Of a DNA stretch of 64,000 nt, positions 11,660 through 26,241 are shown piece after piece. Each line of letters opens with the position of its first letter. Within the stretch, counting starts at the first letter, position 1. The position numbers and the translations under genes are program-made. The notes below the pieces were generated by a model. The model did not search any database, was not told where the DNA came from, and saw nothing but the letters and a program-made list of their open reading frames with translations. Source of the DNA: Eledone cirrhosa (taxonomy: Eukaryota); NCBI GenBank assembly GCA_964016885.1, contig OZ024742.1, positions 113,150,001 through 113,214,000 on the forward strand. The letters are read 5' to 3'.

Positions 11660-11914
11660 TAATTACATTCCAAATCTCTTCGAAATCAAGTATTTTTAAT
11701 ATTTGTAGATTTCAGCTAATATGTTACATTGAATTTTATATTCCCTAAATAATGGTTTATTGTTATTTTCTAGTTATTTCTGTTTCAATCTGTTTAATTG
11801 GTTACTCATGTCAATACGCCTCTCCTACGACTCCATCAGAAGTAATGGGACCATACCATAATGCGATTAATTTGTTACTTCTTATTATAATAGGCACGAG
11901 CATATTTTAAATAC

Positions 11915-12080
11915 AGTCCTAAGCCAGGCTTTGTAGCAAAGAGTTACGACGTTTTATGGTCTCATTTCAAAACCCACCGAGGTTAACTTTGCCTTTCATC
12001 CTTACGCGGTCGATAAAATAAAGTACCAGTAATACACTAGTATAATTGCTGGCCTTGTGCCAAAAGAAGTAACAATTATT
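11915..12080 (+). mobile_element. tRNA-derived SINE
   Basis: accgaggttaactttgcctttcatccttacgcggtcgataaaataaagtaccagt..gctggccttgtgccaaaagaagtaacaattatt. Confidence 0.85.
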
Positions 12081-12931
12081 ATATTCATTATTATTACCCG
12101 CATCGGTTATTTTTTTCATTTATAATTTATCCACCGATTTTCTTGTTCTGTATAACCAAATACATTCATTTCTATTCTTGTCATTGCTATCCTATTTTTA
12201 TATAAATATTTTCTTCCTTTACTCTTATACGCACAGGCCAAACTTCACAATATATACATTTGTTAATTGTATGTATTCCCCACAATTAAATGAATACACA
12301 TTATCATCTGTAACGCTGACGATTTATAATTGTATTACAACTACAAACTTCCATTCCACATACGTACAGTTAAAAATAAAATATTTCTAACAAATAAAGT
12401 CTACAAAATGGCTGGACTGGTGATATGAACTGACAACCTGTGTTTCTGTTCCTTAACGTTATTCCTTCATTCAATCATTAGTCGAAGTCGGGGAAAAGAA
12501 ACAACCTCCCACACCAATCCGCAAATCAAGTAAATAGCAAACACCAAATACACGGTATATAAACCCCACTCATTTGTATTAAAAAATAAAACTACTAGTA
12601 ACTAATATCATAGAGATCGTTCGCGAAATATATCATCTAACATCAAAAAATAAAATATAAAAAAATGATCACAAATACATTTATTAACGTATTTAACATA
12701 ACTCCATCGACAAGCAACTGAACAACATGTATACCATATGCAGAATTTACACTCCGTAATGAATTTTAAATCTTGATTATATACATATTATTTGTGTACG
12801 TTGGTGCAATTGGTGATGCCTAATTAATAAATGTATACACGCACGCACACGCAGACACGCACACACACACACACATATATATATTTGTAATAAGGTTGCT
12901 TGGATGCGTCCATAGGCGGAATGCCGGTTGA

Positions 12932-12997
<66 letters not shown>

Positions 12998-13484
12998 CAC
13001 AACTGAATTCATTCGCCTAATATAAGTGTTGCCTCCCTTGCTGAACTCCACGTGGGGTCAGTAACAGACAAACTTATGTATACTATTGAGCTAAATCCCA
13101 TTGATAACGCGTCTTCCTTGTTCGGTCATATTGCCAGAAGCCTAACATCCTTTATGTAAGCGCAGTAAATGACTTATGGAGCCGCGGAAACCCAAATACT
13201 TGATTTTACCATTCTCTCCAGGAATCCGGGTAAATTTTCAACCATATATATTTTCATATATTTTTATATATTTTTATATTTTTATATTTTTATATTTTTA
13301 TATCTGCTTGACCCGAATTACTTAATCGTTCTTTCGCTGTGCGGATGATTAGTTTAACCACCATCTCAGTGTGTTTAGCCTTTAACGTATGTTGTAGCTC
13401 TGATTCATATGAATTATCGAGCGCTTGCTACACAACTCGGAAGTGTTTTTCGTTAATTCCTGAGCTGAAATTCGATTCTCGCTA

Positions 13485-14020
<536 letters not shown>

Positions 14021-14049
14021 CTCGGTGGTGCTGTTGTAGAAGTGTTTTT

Positions 14050-15460
14050 GTTGGCTTTATGTGTGTTGTCTGAATATTCTGTTGTGCGTTTTTGTGTGTG
14101 TGTGGGGGGGGGGGGGTGGTTAAATTGTTGTCTGTGCTTTCTTTTTTCTTAATTTCTGGCTTTAGGCACAGGAAGACGAAGTGTATTTGCCTGTGTGCGT
14201 GTTTGTGTTGCTATTTGTGTCAATGTGTATTTTGGGTGGAATGTGAAATGGGAGAGCTTTCCTTATTTTCTCCGTGGGTGGCCAAAGTTGGTGGTATCGT
14301 TTCCACTGGTGCTGCTGCTGATGAAGTTGCTGGTGCTAGCGTTTATGGTAGTCCCCAACCCAGTATCGGCTGCATTGGGTCTTACGACACCTTGAACTTT
14401 TCAGCTGAGGACAGAAGGCTCGCAAATGCGTCGTTTGCTGCAGACGAAACAATGCGTCCATTTGCCATCGGTCATTACCTGCAGAGATGTACCATTCTGG
14501 AAAGAGATTTCGTTCGGGCTTTTTCTCAGGTCTTTATGATTGATCTGAAGCAGTGTATCCAGGTAAATACCGAACCAGCCACCCTGGCTGTGCTGGTCGC
14601 ATCGACTGGGACGGCATCCATTCTCTCCACAATAACGCATCTCAGGCGCCACCACAAGTTTAGTCCTGCTGGACCTCTAGGAATGCGAAAATGTTAGTTA
14701 TTTTTCACATGTGGCAGCTATGCATAATGAACTCGTTGGTTTGCAAGTGGTCACTGAGTGTTTTATAGCGAGATCATCTGAATTAATCAGCACCTAGATG
14801 GCACCGTATTGTCTCCAGTTTCATCTCTGATGCACCTCAGTGAATCTTCGACTTCAGCTTGGGGACTTAGCCCAGCTTTGCTCTTGATGAATGAGCTTCT
14901 ATGCCATCCTCAACATTTTCTCTCTATGTGCAAGGTCCATGCAAAAACATGGCCTTGTTCTTACTGCTGCAGCCGTGAAATACTTCTTGTTGTCCGTGTT
15001 GCTGGTCACATATTGTTGTTGTCTTAGATGTCGTTGTTGTTGGTGGTTTTACTGTCTATGTTATTAACAGTTTTCTTTATATTGTTCATGTTAGTGTTGT
15101 TGACATTGTTAATCTCTGTTGTTGTTATTGCTGAAGTTGGTTTTGTTGTTGTTGTTCCTGATTCGCTTGTTTCATTGTTGCTGTTTGTGGTGTCACCGTT
15201 AATGTTCTTGTTGGTGGTGTTGTTAATTTCGATGTTGATTTTGTTGCCATTACTGCCTTCGTCTGTCTTTTTGGTTGTTCGACCTGGTACTGTTGATTGT
15301 TTTTCTGGGAATACTGCCTAAATCTCTGATTACGATGCTGTTACTTAGCTCAACGATTGCACCACTGTCACGACAGCAAACTCCAATATTGGGGGCGTGG
15401 TTGCGCCATGATCTTTTTTGTTTTTTTCGTTCGAAATACATTTTAAAAAGAAAGTTTAAA
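14050..15460 (-). pseudogene. Decayed Tx1/L1-type LINE ORF1 remnant
   Basis: N/T-rich low-complexity start, then LQVMTDGKWTHCFVCSKRRIC (decayed CCHC knuckle), in the same order as ORF1 of the 32.9 and 51.9 kb elements (VEGRRPKCYLCG; RRPRCVVCGEGTHLRAFC). Confidence 0.55.
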
Positions 15461-18096
15461 TATTAGGGCTAACATGTGCAAATATGAAAACGTATCCACT
15501 TTATAGGGGACAATTAATACAAATGAAATTATAACTGAATATTTGCCTCATCGTGGAGCACCAAAATTGTTTTCAAAAAGTCATCTTTACTACCTGACAG
15601 TCAAGAATAATAATTATAATATATACATTCTCGTGTTGTGTCGCTGGAAACTACAGTTTAAAAAAGTTCATATGTATCTTCTACGTGACTAAACATTTTC
15701 ATTCGTAAAAAATAATAAGGATTGTATACATGTTTACGTGAACGATTATGTTTTCTGATATGAAGATAGAATATAAATATATGCATATGAAATCCATATA
15801 ATCATTTAAGAAAATGGCAGTCATAGGATTAAATGTATAAATCAAAATATTGATACGTGTGTTTAATCAATAATATGACTTTGCGAATTAACTAAGTGTT
15901 CATTATATCATATCGTCATAGTTGTTCATGTATATGATTATGTCATGAGGCCTTTGGTTATGTATTTTGTTCATTTTAATTTAATGTGTGTTGATGTATA
16001 TTTAGATGTATGATACTCCATAGTAAATACTGTTTTGGGATTGTAAATATTACCTCAAAAAGGAACAGATGTTTTTACAATAGCTCCTTAAATTTGGTTT
16101 TCGTTTCACTTAAAATGCTAGAGAAATTCATGAAATATTGGAGCATGTGTGAAATTAAAAGTATTAAAATTGTAACACGAATAAAGTAACCAAACTTACG
16201 TCTACAAAGATGTAATAATTCTGACTACTAATAATGATGATGCCACTACAGGAAATCTATAATGATAAATATGTTAAGTAGGAAATAAATATGTGTTCGA
16301 TGACTGCATGAGAAATTAACCGCTTGGACTTAAGAGAGTATCTAATTCATTCTACTTAACCCACATCTCTCAAGCTTTTAAAGATTCTGCATATTAATAA
16401 GTTTTATTATTGTATTGGATACAGAGTGAATAATGTTATTATGATATATATAATAATTCTATCTTAAATAAATAATCTTTAAAGAGGAATAATTACAAAG
16501 AAGCACACTTGAATTAAATGCGTGTTTGTTCAAGTCTTATTTCGTAGATACACAATGTCTGCTCACCATGGTAGTGAATTTAAGTTGATACCAAATAAAA
16601 TATAACGTGTTCTTCATATCATCATACCGGATATTTGCTTAATTATATTTAGGAACAAACACATTTTGTATTAAACATATTTCATATGATGTATTATTTT
16701 CAAGAGATTTCGTAAATTCAAAATATATAGTCAACTTACATTCATGTTCAAATATATTAAGATTGAAATTATGCCAATCAATACAAATTTATTATTGTTG
16801 TCATAATGAGAAGTATTTGACCGAATAACATATATTATAGTAGTAGTTAATATATAAAACCACGATATCAAGGATCGCATTGTCAACATATAAGTCAATA
16901 CAATTATCCAAATAGGTTATTGGGATCAAATCAGACAACTTGGTATACATGTGTTGATTATATATTAAATCACGCCGAAGATATTCCGATTCCAGTTATA
17001 ACATATATTTCCATCAGTGACATTGATATTAACTATTTAAAGATCCCCAATTTACATATTTCTGAGGTTAGTTTTCAAGTCCCTGAATGGCAAACTACTA
17101 TTCTCGCCCAGTTCACGTTATGTTTACATTCACAATGGTTATCGTAATGAGTTGTCAAGCCATAGTTTCAATTAGTTGAAAAAGTTAGATAGTGGAACAA
17201 ATGCCTGTCGTATTTATTTTGGTTCTTTCTAAGTAAGCTCAATTCCGAATGAGGCTTAATATGTGTATTACACTTATTTCCTAACAATACCACATGCCAA
17301 ATTGTTGAAGCTTCTGTATCAACTCTGTTTCAATTATTTCGATCACGCCTCTGCTTTATGTATAATTTTCTCCTTCTTCTCAAGGTGAAGTGAGGCTGTC
17401 AAAACTCCATGCCCCAATGAATGTTATAAACTAATTGTGAAAATATATTTAGTAATTTATTTATTGTTTAAATGATGATATGTTAAATGCTTCTATATAG
17501 CCTATGTCTCAGGATTGATGGGCTCTAATGAATGAAATCAATAATTTGTTTGTATTAATATTCTAAGGAGCGTATGCGATGAATGGTGGATATTGTAAAC
17601 CTACCATGACATAATTGAGTGTATAGATGATGCTTCTTCAGTTGCATGATAATATGACAAGTGAAAAAGTTATGTATATAATTCTGGATATTGACATGTT
17701 AACGAATGTTTAGTCAAAAGTTAAGAACTGCAAATTAAACGTTTGAAAGATTATTATATGTACTAGCAGAAAAAACAACCGTTCGTCTGGTTTTCTGCTA
17801 GCATGTATAGTGTGGATACTGGTTAATTGCTGGCGTTGTGCCTAAAGTAGAAATAATTATATATTTAAAATAATGCAACTTATTTTACTATTAGAATAAA
17901 CAAGTATAAACTGTACGCAGTCCCGCGATCCTCCCTTTATTATAGTTAGAACCACTGTGCTATTTTAAACATTGGCGTGGTATTTGTTGATTGTCGTTGA
18001 CCAGTAGAACGGACTATTCGTGAAAACTTCAAGAACAATGTATACACATCGTACTTATGCACAGACTTAGATGAATTACGGGTAGCCAGACAGGCA

Positions 18097-18183
<87 letters not shown>

Positions 18184-18187
<4 letters not shown>

Positions 18188-18921
18188 ATACTTGGGGAGG
18201 ATAATATGTGTGTAATATTGCCAGAATCAATAAGGTAACACACTCACTGTTTTGTTGGTTTCCGCTTTTCGCTTCTGTATCTTTTATATCGGTTAATTTA
18301 ATTTATTCGGTCCTAACTGTTGCCATTGACTGACCAACGGTCAAAAATACAGATATGATTTGGGACACAAACACATGTATATAGTCTATCAAAGTTCTTT
18401 CGTTGCACATATGCAACATGGTCAGTTGTGCTTTTGTTTCCTCCCGTGCATTGTATGTCTACGCCATCTTTATTTAGTCTGTTTATATATTTATTTATTT
18501 ATTTATTTATTGTTTTTGTTTTTTTTTGTTTTTTTTTGTCTTCTTTGCGCATGCGTTTGCGTGTGTGTATATTGTTTTGTTTGATGTGTGTTCGTGTTTG
18601 GGTGACTGTGTAATGGGTAATGTATTCTATCTTTACTAGTGCGTGTTTATATGTGTTTGTTCTTATTGTGTTTGTATATGTATTTATTTATTCATCTATT
18701 TATTTATTTATTTATACTTCTCTTAGGTTAGTGTTGTTTGTTTGGGTGTTGTTATTCCATTCATTATTTTCTGTTTAGCCTTGGCCTTCTAAGTTCTATT
18801 TCACTGGCCTCTCTGATTTGCCTATCTGCTGGGTCATTTCTATGTTTAGATATTATTCTAATTTCTATGTTGTCTATGTTAACGTCGTGTTGTTGTCTGG
18901 CATGTTCGTATAGTTTTTGGT

Positions 18922-18922
<1 letters not shown>
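18184..18922 (-). mobile_element. PLE 3' end: GIY-YIG C-terminus (18764-18922) plus 3' UTR, bracketed by (TA)n
   Basis: Minus frame [52 protein letters not shown], matching the PLE EH..H..R.I.EA..I...P.LNR pattern. It is absent from the ORF track because it has no start codon. Confidence 0.75.
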
Positions 18923-19280
<358 letters not shown>

Positions 19281-19283
<3 letters not shown>

Positions 19284-19457
19284 GATGAGATTCTACAGGA
19301 CTAGAACTGTTTCATTCTTTAGAAATCATCATGATAATGATTTCTAAAGAATGAAACAGTTCTAGTCCTCTAAAATCTCATCTATATTAAAACTGTTATA
19401 CTCTGAAATGAATTGAGTACCTTACTTACTGTGGTTACCTCTGATTCAACCCGGAAT

Positions 19458-19460
<3 letters not shown>
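19281..19460 (+). mobile_element. Short PLE-type insertion: 105-bp fold-back (19281-19385) centred on a hammerhead core, plus 3' tail
   Basis: (TG/TA)ATGA-tttct-aa-agaat-GAAA-cagttcta-GTC-ct; related copy at 29019-29059; (TA)n flanks. Confidence 0.7.
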
Positions 19461-19525
<65 letters not shown>

Positions 19526-20084
19526 TTGAGAGACCCACATTGATGAGAATGTTATCTATGACATACAGTTGATTATATGTTTATTCAATCTGAGCTACCC
19601 TGGTTGCTAAACAGCAATAACATAATCGACCTAAGCGTCAAGAAAGACATTCAAGTTAATTTCAAATTCTGTGGATCGATTTATGATAAATAATGATTCA
19701 TTTTATTCTGTTTAAATCACACATACCAATATAAAAAAAACCTGCTTGGCTTGCACAGGATGAACATTATTCTTATGATTCCCCTTTTCTTTCTGTTATG
19801 CAAATATACAAGCAGACAATATTATTAAAAGTGCTTTTGGTGATGCTGGTGTTGCACTCATTTGAACCTGATTCTGGTGGAAAGAACCTCACTAGCATTC
19901 GCGTATAAGTGTTTCAGATTGTTGATAATCAGCACAACGTGTCAGGATACTTAATGGGTAAATTATTAAATATTGCGTAGCTATGGGTTTCCTAACTGTA
20001 CTTCGCAAGTAGAAGGGGTATTCAAAATGTGTGACAATTCTTGTTGTTTGAAAAATAGGTACAGAACACACATTACTTTAGTCT

Positions 20085-20192
20085 ACCGCAGAAGTTAACT
20101 TTGCCTTTCATCCTTAGAGTGTCGATAAAGTAAAGTATCAGTAAAGCACTGGCTAACTGCTGGACTTGTGCCAAACGTAGAAACAATTATTT
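20085..20192 (+). mobile_element. SINE 3' fragment
   Basis: gttaactttgcctttcatccttagagtgtcgataaagtaaagtatcagt..cttgtgccaaacgtagaaacaattatt. Confidence 0.8.
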
Positions 20193-21708
20193 TAGTCTAC
20201 TCCAATTCAACCACAAAGCCTGGGCCAAATCAGAATTAGGTTAAATGAGCGTTCCCTGGGATATGTATGAAGCAAACTCATCAAATGATCAACCATGTTG
20301 TTTACGTTTGATTCAATGGCAGTGACACAGTTGAATATTACCATTACAATACATGTCAACGAACGAATATGAGTAGATTGAAGAAAACGATGACGATACA
20401 GATACAAATGTTTCAAATGATGAGAGTGTGATGATGATTATTTCGATGATAATGATTATAATTATAATTACGATGGGGAGGTTGTCATTGACCGAAACGA
20501 TGAAAACAGTGAATATTCTCGTGACAATGGAATTGGTAATGGCTATGTAGTTGAAACAGAAAAAACAGAATCGAGAATAATGGAAACAAAAAATGAAAAC
20601 ACTTATGCCCAGTACCTATGAATAAACGAATGTTGATTTAGTGTCTGGTTTTGGTGTGAGAATCAACATTTATTGACTTAACAGGATTGGCAGCTTCAGT
20701 TATTGGAAAATATGCCAAATTTCTCACAGAAAACACAGATAAAACGGTGTTTCAACAGTTCTGTATGTTTGTATACATGTCAGATTATTTGTCAATGCTT
20801 TACAATGTATGTGTCATATGATTCTCTGCATAAGTTACACATTGTCTCTTAGAGTGTAAATGTTTTTATGGGTCGTCTGCTTTCGTGGACTTGTGCTTTT
20901 ACGATATAAATTTAGAGATGTTAGAATGGTCTGTGTTTGAATGAGAAAAGAAAAAATAACATTTGGAAATTATGGTATATCAAGGCCATCTATCATAGTA
21001 TTGTCATTCATATGCGCCTAAATCGATATAAACACACAAACCAGCAGTCAAATGCTTGATTCATAATATTTCATGAAATATATCGATTTGAAAGAATTTA
21101 CAGATTGCTGAATATCTACAAAGAGAAGACTATTGTTGGGTATGGAGGTAACGGGGTAGGAAAAATATGCTAACCTTTTGAAGAGTGAATAATGAAATAA
21201 GAAGATAACATTTATTGTAAAGCCAAATGACATGGACAGCAAAATAACCTGTTGTGATCAGAAGTCGGAACAGAACATGAAATAACTAGATGATGGTCAT
21301 TATAGATCGTTAGTTATGGCTACTATTGAACCAATCGTATATGAATTGACATTTTATGTGCGGTAACGTATGGGCAACAAATACAGATTTACTATTTTTC
21401 GGAAATTGTTCTTTCATTCTTTGATATACAAGAAATCAATTATATGCCTCCAGCTAACCTATGATTTCAAAATATCTGTTTCAACGTAGGTTTGAGTTTG
21501 GTAAGCTTGTGACGAGCTACTGTGTTTACAATGATTCGTTAAGAAGAATTTACGATAACTGGATTATAAACCAGAATGTTACACTTCGTCATTAGTTGTA
21601 CACTCGCTGCCCAACCTGGCATTTTTTTATCGTGTCGTTTTGTATTGCTTCTCACAAGACAATGGATTATCCCTTTAATTATCAACATTGCTGCTCCTGC
21701 TGCTGCTG

Positions 21709-21709
21709 T

Positions 21710-21773
<64 letters not shown>
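21709..21773. repeat. (CTA)n microsatellite
   Basis: Direct reading. Confidence 0.95.
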
Positions 21774-21774
<1 letters not shown>

Positions 21775-22329
21775 TCAACGTCTTCGAGATTGTATTATTG
21801 GTAGTATCGTTGTTGGTAGTTAGTTTGAAGCATATCATTTAGAATGAACGAATTTAGAGCATCCGTAGAATTAACACATTTCCCGTTGGTCAGATTTAGC
21901 TTCACCATTCCAACCAGTCTATTTAATTTCTTAGTGGCGCCATTGTCCTGGAATTAGGTCAATCATCTGGGACTGTGTTTAGCAGCAAACTATAACTAAA
22001 GATACCCTAATCTATTTAACAGAGTTTGTTGGCCTCTGTGACGTAGATAGTTTCAGTAATGGTAGTTGTCTTAATATAATAATGATACAGATAAAACTGC
22101 TCAATAATTTTTGAAAAGTTCTGTGCTTCTTAAATGAGATTATTTAATTTTTCTTTATGTCCATCTCTTGAATCCAAATATTACCTTGATAAATGTTTAT
22201 TAGCTAAAGTCTTAAATATACATGCCATGTAATATTTTATTATTTTATCGTAATATACAATATGTTTCGTTATGTTTTAAGCTCTAATCTGTATCTACTC
22301 TCTGCCTCTGCTTAAGACTTATAACGGGC

Positions 22330-23744
22330 TGCAAAATCATCTTTTACCCATGTCCAGAAATAGTCAGCAATCATTGCTGTGCTTCATTTGCCACGGTACT
22401 GCTTTTCCACGGTTGAAATATATTGACGAACCTCTCACCATGTTCGTCACTAACTACCCCACGATTCACTGGAAGAAACACTAAATGGGAGCACAGAATG
22501 TGGAGTTTAAGTGACATGTTCCATCCATTAATCTTGTAAGCCTTTATGAGGTTTTCCACCAATTCTTCATAAACCCCCACCCCAGCCCACCCACACACAC
22601 ACACTTCTGTTTCTGAGAAATGCTTTCGCCACTAACTTGAATGCTTTCCAAGCAGATATTTCCTTCCCAAGAAGGTTTGATTTAAAGTCGCCATCTTTAA
22701 GGTCTCGAATCTGAGGACCAATGAAGACTTTCTCTTTTATCTTAGCATCGCTGATGAACATTTTTTATCCGAGGCTCCAATGATTGATGAGGCGGCCAGT
22801 CCCTCCTAATCTAGTGGGAACCTCTTGCATGGCTGTACCATTCACGCAGAAAGCAGCAGTACTTGGTGTCTCCGCTCTGCAAGCCCATCACCAGAGCAAC
22901 AACCTTTATGTCACCACTGAACTGCCATTAATGTGTACCCTATTTCATGCATTGCAACATATGCTTTATATTATCATAAGTTTCTTTCATATGTGATGTA
23001 TAGTCCGCAGGAATTGATGGGTCACTATTGCCATTTACACATCAAGACACCTTTCAGACTAGATTTGATGAATCTATCAGCAGTCTCAAGGGACTGGATT
23101 AGTATTCAATATCAAGTGCTTCCATCAGACCATTCATATTGTTCCAGTCCAATAAATCACCTTCCATTATGAAGAAATTTCTGAACTGCTTCAGACGGTT
23201 ATGGAATTTTGAAATCTTCTCATCAGCTTTTAGGAGATTCAACTGTTGAAGATGAGAGCCTAGCATCTCTGCCTCATTTCCAGATATGTGTAGATCCCTG
23301 ACAAGGTCATAGAGTTCCCCGTGTGTTATGAGATGTGGTCTAGAGGTGTGTGCTCCCTCAACATTATATCATTCAATAGGAAAATTAAATCATTATAACA
23401 TGCTTCCCATGAATATCAATAGCTTGCCCATTGTATATTTATTATAAGTTTTTTAAAAGTGTTTGACTAGGAAAATCACCTACCTTTCACCTCAATATAT
23501 GAACTTGCACATGCACATCACAATCACCTCCTATGACTGTTGGAACCATACTGAAGTGTAATGGGAATGTGAGTGTGGTAAGACAGACACTACCGCAAGC
23601 CTGTTGGAGCCTGCTGTGACATGTATGTGTATGTTGAAAATAGAGGTAACAACTAGTTTTAACTGTGATATTCATTATCAGGGACCTACAATAAGTTGGA
23701 AATGGCTACTCTGGTCTCAGAACCATTTTGGTTTTAGACCAGTG
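22330..23744 (-). pseudogene. Chapaev3-like (CMC) DNA transposase remnant with putative CAC terminus at 23744
   Basis: Minus-strand peptides PHLITHGELYDLVRDLHISGNEAEMLGSHLQQLNLL, SDAKIKEKVFIGPQIR and MSLKLHILCSHLVFLPVNRGVVSDEHGERF; the minus strand starts CACTGGTC at 23744. Family assignment is from memory of motifs. Confidence 0.7.
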
Positions 23745-24769
23745 TTTATAAAATAATGTGTTAAACCTATAGGGTTTTGGAAAGTTAGTGAAAATTGCAA
23801 ATATAGATATAGGATCTTTAGAAGAATGGAAATAACAGGTATATTTGTAGCAGCTTTAAGGGTCATGATAATAAAATAAAGTGAGTAAATTATAATCTGA
23901 ATTTCGTATGTAGCCTACAATTCAGAATCATGAAAACAGAAGAATGTGTATTGGAATTTTAGAGAATATTGCCAATGTATATTTCTATATATGTACCCAT
24001 TAGAAGAATGAAAATAGCATGTGGGTGCTAGTGAATATTAATAATGGCATTTTTAATTTACTTATCTCAGTTTACATTGAAGTTTATGAGTGAATATATG
24101 TATGTTGGAGATAGATTATCCTTCAGGAAATCAGGAATATATCATATCACATGTGTAAAATAGATGGTACAGAAGAAAATACAAAGGGCAGTGGAAGAAA
24201 CCCAGAGATCAAAAATGTGTGTAGGTACCCAAGATTAGAATCTGCCATCGTATAATACCTCACTAAATAGTCAGTGCTTCAGAGACGTAGATCAAAATTA
24301 AGTAAGTGAGGAAAGGGGGAATTCCAAGGCAAAGTAAGGCGTGGCTCCAACCACTAAGCTTGTGTGGGTCTAGGATACGTTTAGATGCTAGTAGAGGCAA
24401 AAGGGTAAGAGATAAAAGCAGTTGGTGGGGTTGGTGGATCGGAGATTCAGTGTGGTTGTGTTGTTATCTATATAGAATGAGGAAAGTTCTCTTTCTTAGG
24501 TGTCCATATGCACCAAAGGAATCTGCCCTAAGATTAATTATTTTTATTCAACCCCTGAGTATCTCAAGGGCCTCACTCAGATAGAGGCTGCAAATGCCAG
24601 ACCCAGCTTCGTCTGTGGATACCTCCCTATCCTTTGACCATACCAAATAGTACGTGTCTTGTCCAGCATGAGCTACCCAGATCAACCTTGCCTGTATCTA
24701 GTTGGTTTCTCCACTTCCCAAGATTATTATGGCTACACCAAATATTTTGACAATGGGCTGCCTTAGATA

Positions 24770-25240
24770 TATCCAAAGCGTTACTGACGCGTGGTCATTT
24801 ATCAAAAATATATTATCGTATGTGAGACGGATTCGGCTCTCGATCGAGTCCATTAAGAATATCATTCAGCCGTCTTATTATTGTCGGGAAGGATGGGCTG
24901 TTTTATATTGCCTGGTATCTGTAGCGAAAGGTGTTGTGTGCCCGACGAGACAGAAATACTGAAAACATACACTTTCTTTTCTGCCTAGACCTTTTCATTG
25001 ATAGGAAGGTAAGGTTAGTGACGGAATCAAACCCATTACATATGATAAAATATGTTTGAATGTAGCAGAATGATCAGAGTGGATGGACCAGCTGGTTTAA
25101 TATCATTGGGGTTCCTCAGTTACCTCTGGGTGTTGTTGGGAAATGTTAATGTAATAATTTTACTGATTATATTTATATGTATTATTTTGTTATTAATGCA
25201 TTGTGTTGGCCTTTATGTCTAATAAAGACATTTCCATTAT
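24770..25240 (+). mobile_element. Decayed 3' fragment of the Tx1-like LINE family
   Basis: ctgacgcgtgg..gacggattcggctctcgatcgagtccat..cgggaaggatgggctgtttt..gcgaaag aligns by eye to 57140-57300 and ends ggcctttatgtctaataaagacatt. Confidence 0.65.
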
Positions 25241-25269
25241 ACTATCTCTCTTTTTTTTTTACTTGATGT

Positions 25270-26241
25270 ATCAGTCATTCAAGGTATTCAACTGGAATAA
25301 TTTCCTAAATTAATATCAAGCTGCTACCCACAGACCCATATACTAATGACGTTTCGGAGGGTCCTTGCCGTTCTAAGTAGGCATGCCTTTTTGAAGTGTT
25401 CTTTAGCCAGCCCTGGAAACTCTTAGAGATAGTACCGAGTTCCTACTTCGGCTCTTAGCACCGGTTAATGTTTCCTCCTCCTTTTTCTGTACTATTTTGT
25501 TGAAGGGGCAAGCTATATCTATAATGAAGCACGATCTCCTTTTCCTGCAAACATCCATGAAGTCTTGCCTATTGTGCTCTAATTCTTTATGGGTTCGTCT
25601 TCTGAAGTCCCATAATACATTCATCTCCTTGCTTTCAATCACCGATTCTGGTTTATATTCATACCAGTTCTCAGCGTGAGGTAAATCGTTCAAATTGTCC
25701 AAATGCCAGTGGATCACGTTTCCTATAATATCCTGTATTCATCCTTTATAACGTGTCTGGGCCAGGAGTTTACACTCGGATGCGATGTGAACCACAGTCT
25801 CTTCTCTCTCCACATATCCTAGAAAGTGGGCTAGAGCTTCCTTCTTGTGAATATCATATTTCATCCACTTTGTCCTAAGGGCTTGCTTTGTTGCTGCCAT
25901 TAGCATTTCCTCATTAGCCTCATTGAGGTCCTCTTTTTTTAACCAGTCCCATGTCTATAGATATATGTATTCTGTTTCCTTAAAGAAGACAGCATGAAGA
26001 GCCTTTTCATTCACTTTTGTTTTTCCTCCTCATCATTACCTCCTACTTGTGACTCTCCTGGTCTAATGTCTGCACCTGCATTGCATCCTTAATAATTTGC
26101 TCGTTGCTCACGGACACATATTTATGCAAACCACTTTTCTCTATCTGAACACAGTCCTCCACGCTGATAAGACCTCTCCTGCATTCACCTCTCCTTAAAT
26201 ACAGTCTATCAAAATCCCCTCACTTATTACACATACTGTAC
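25270..26241 (-). mobile_element. R4/Dong-type RLE LINE, 5'-truncated 3' fragment
   Basis: RLYLRRGE.RRGLISVEDCVQ, HIASECKLLAQ, IHWHL, VLWDF..LEHNRQD..CFIIDIACPF; homologous to 43937-44956. Confidence 0.85.

Noticed and set aside
14092-14697. 201-aa + strand ORF
   Set aside because: Antisense to a decayed LINE ORF1, with no recognisable domain.
18300-18355. Possible hammerhead in the PLE 3' UTR
   Set aside because: Neither core box nor stem I could be fitted.
19540-19580. TTGATGAG followed by a weak hairpin
   Set aside because: No GAAA box or stem III.
20400-20860. Acidic then Cys-rich traces suggestive of a piggyBac-like relic
   Set aside because: No continuous frame, catalytic motif or TIR.
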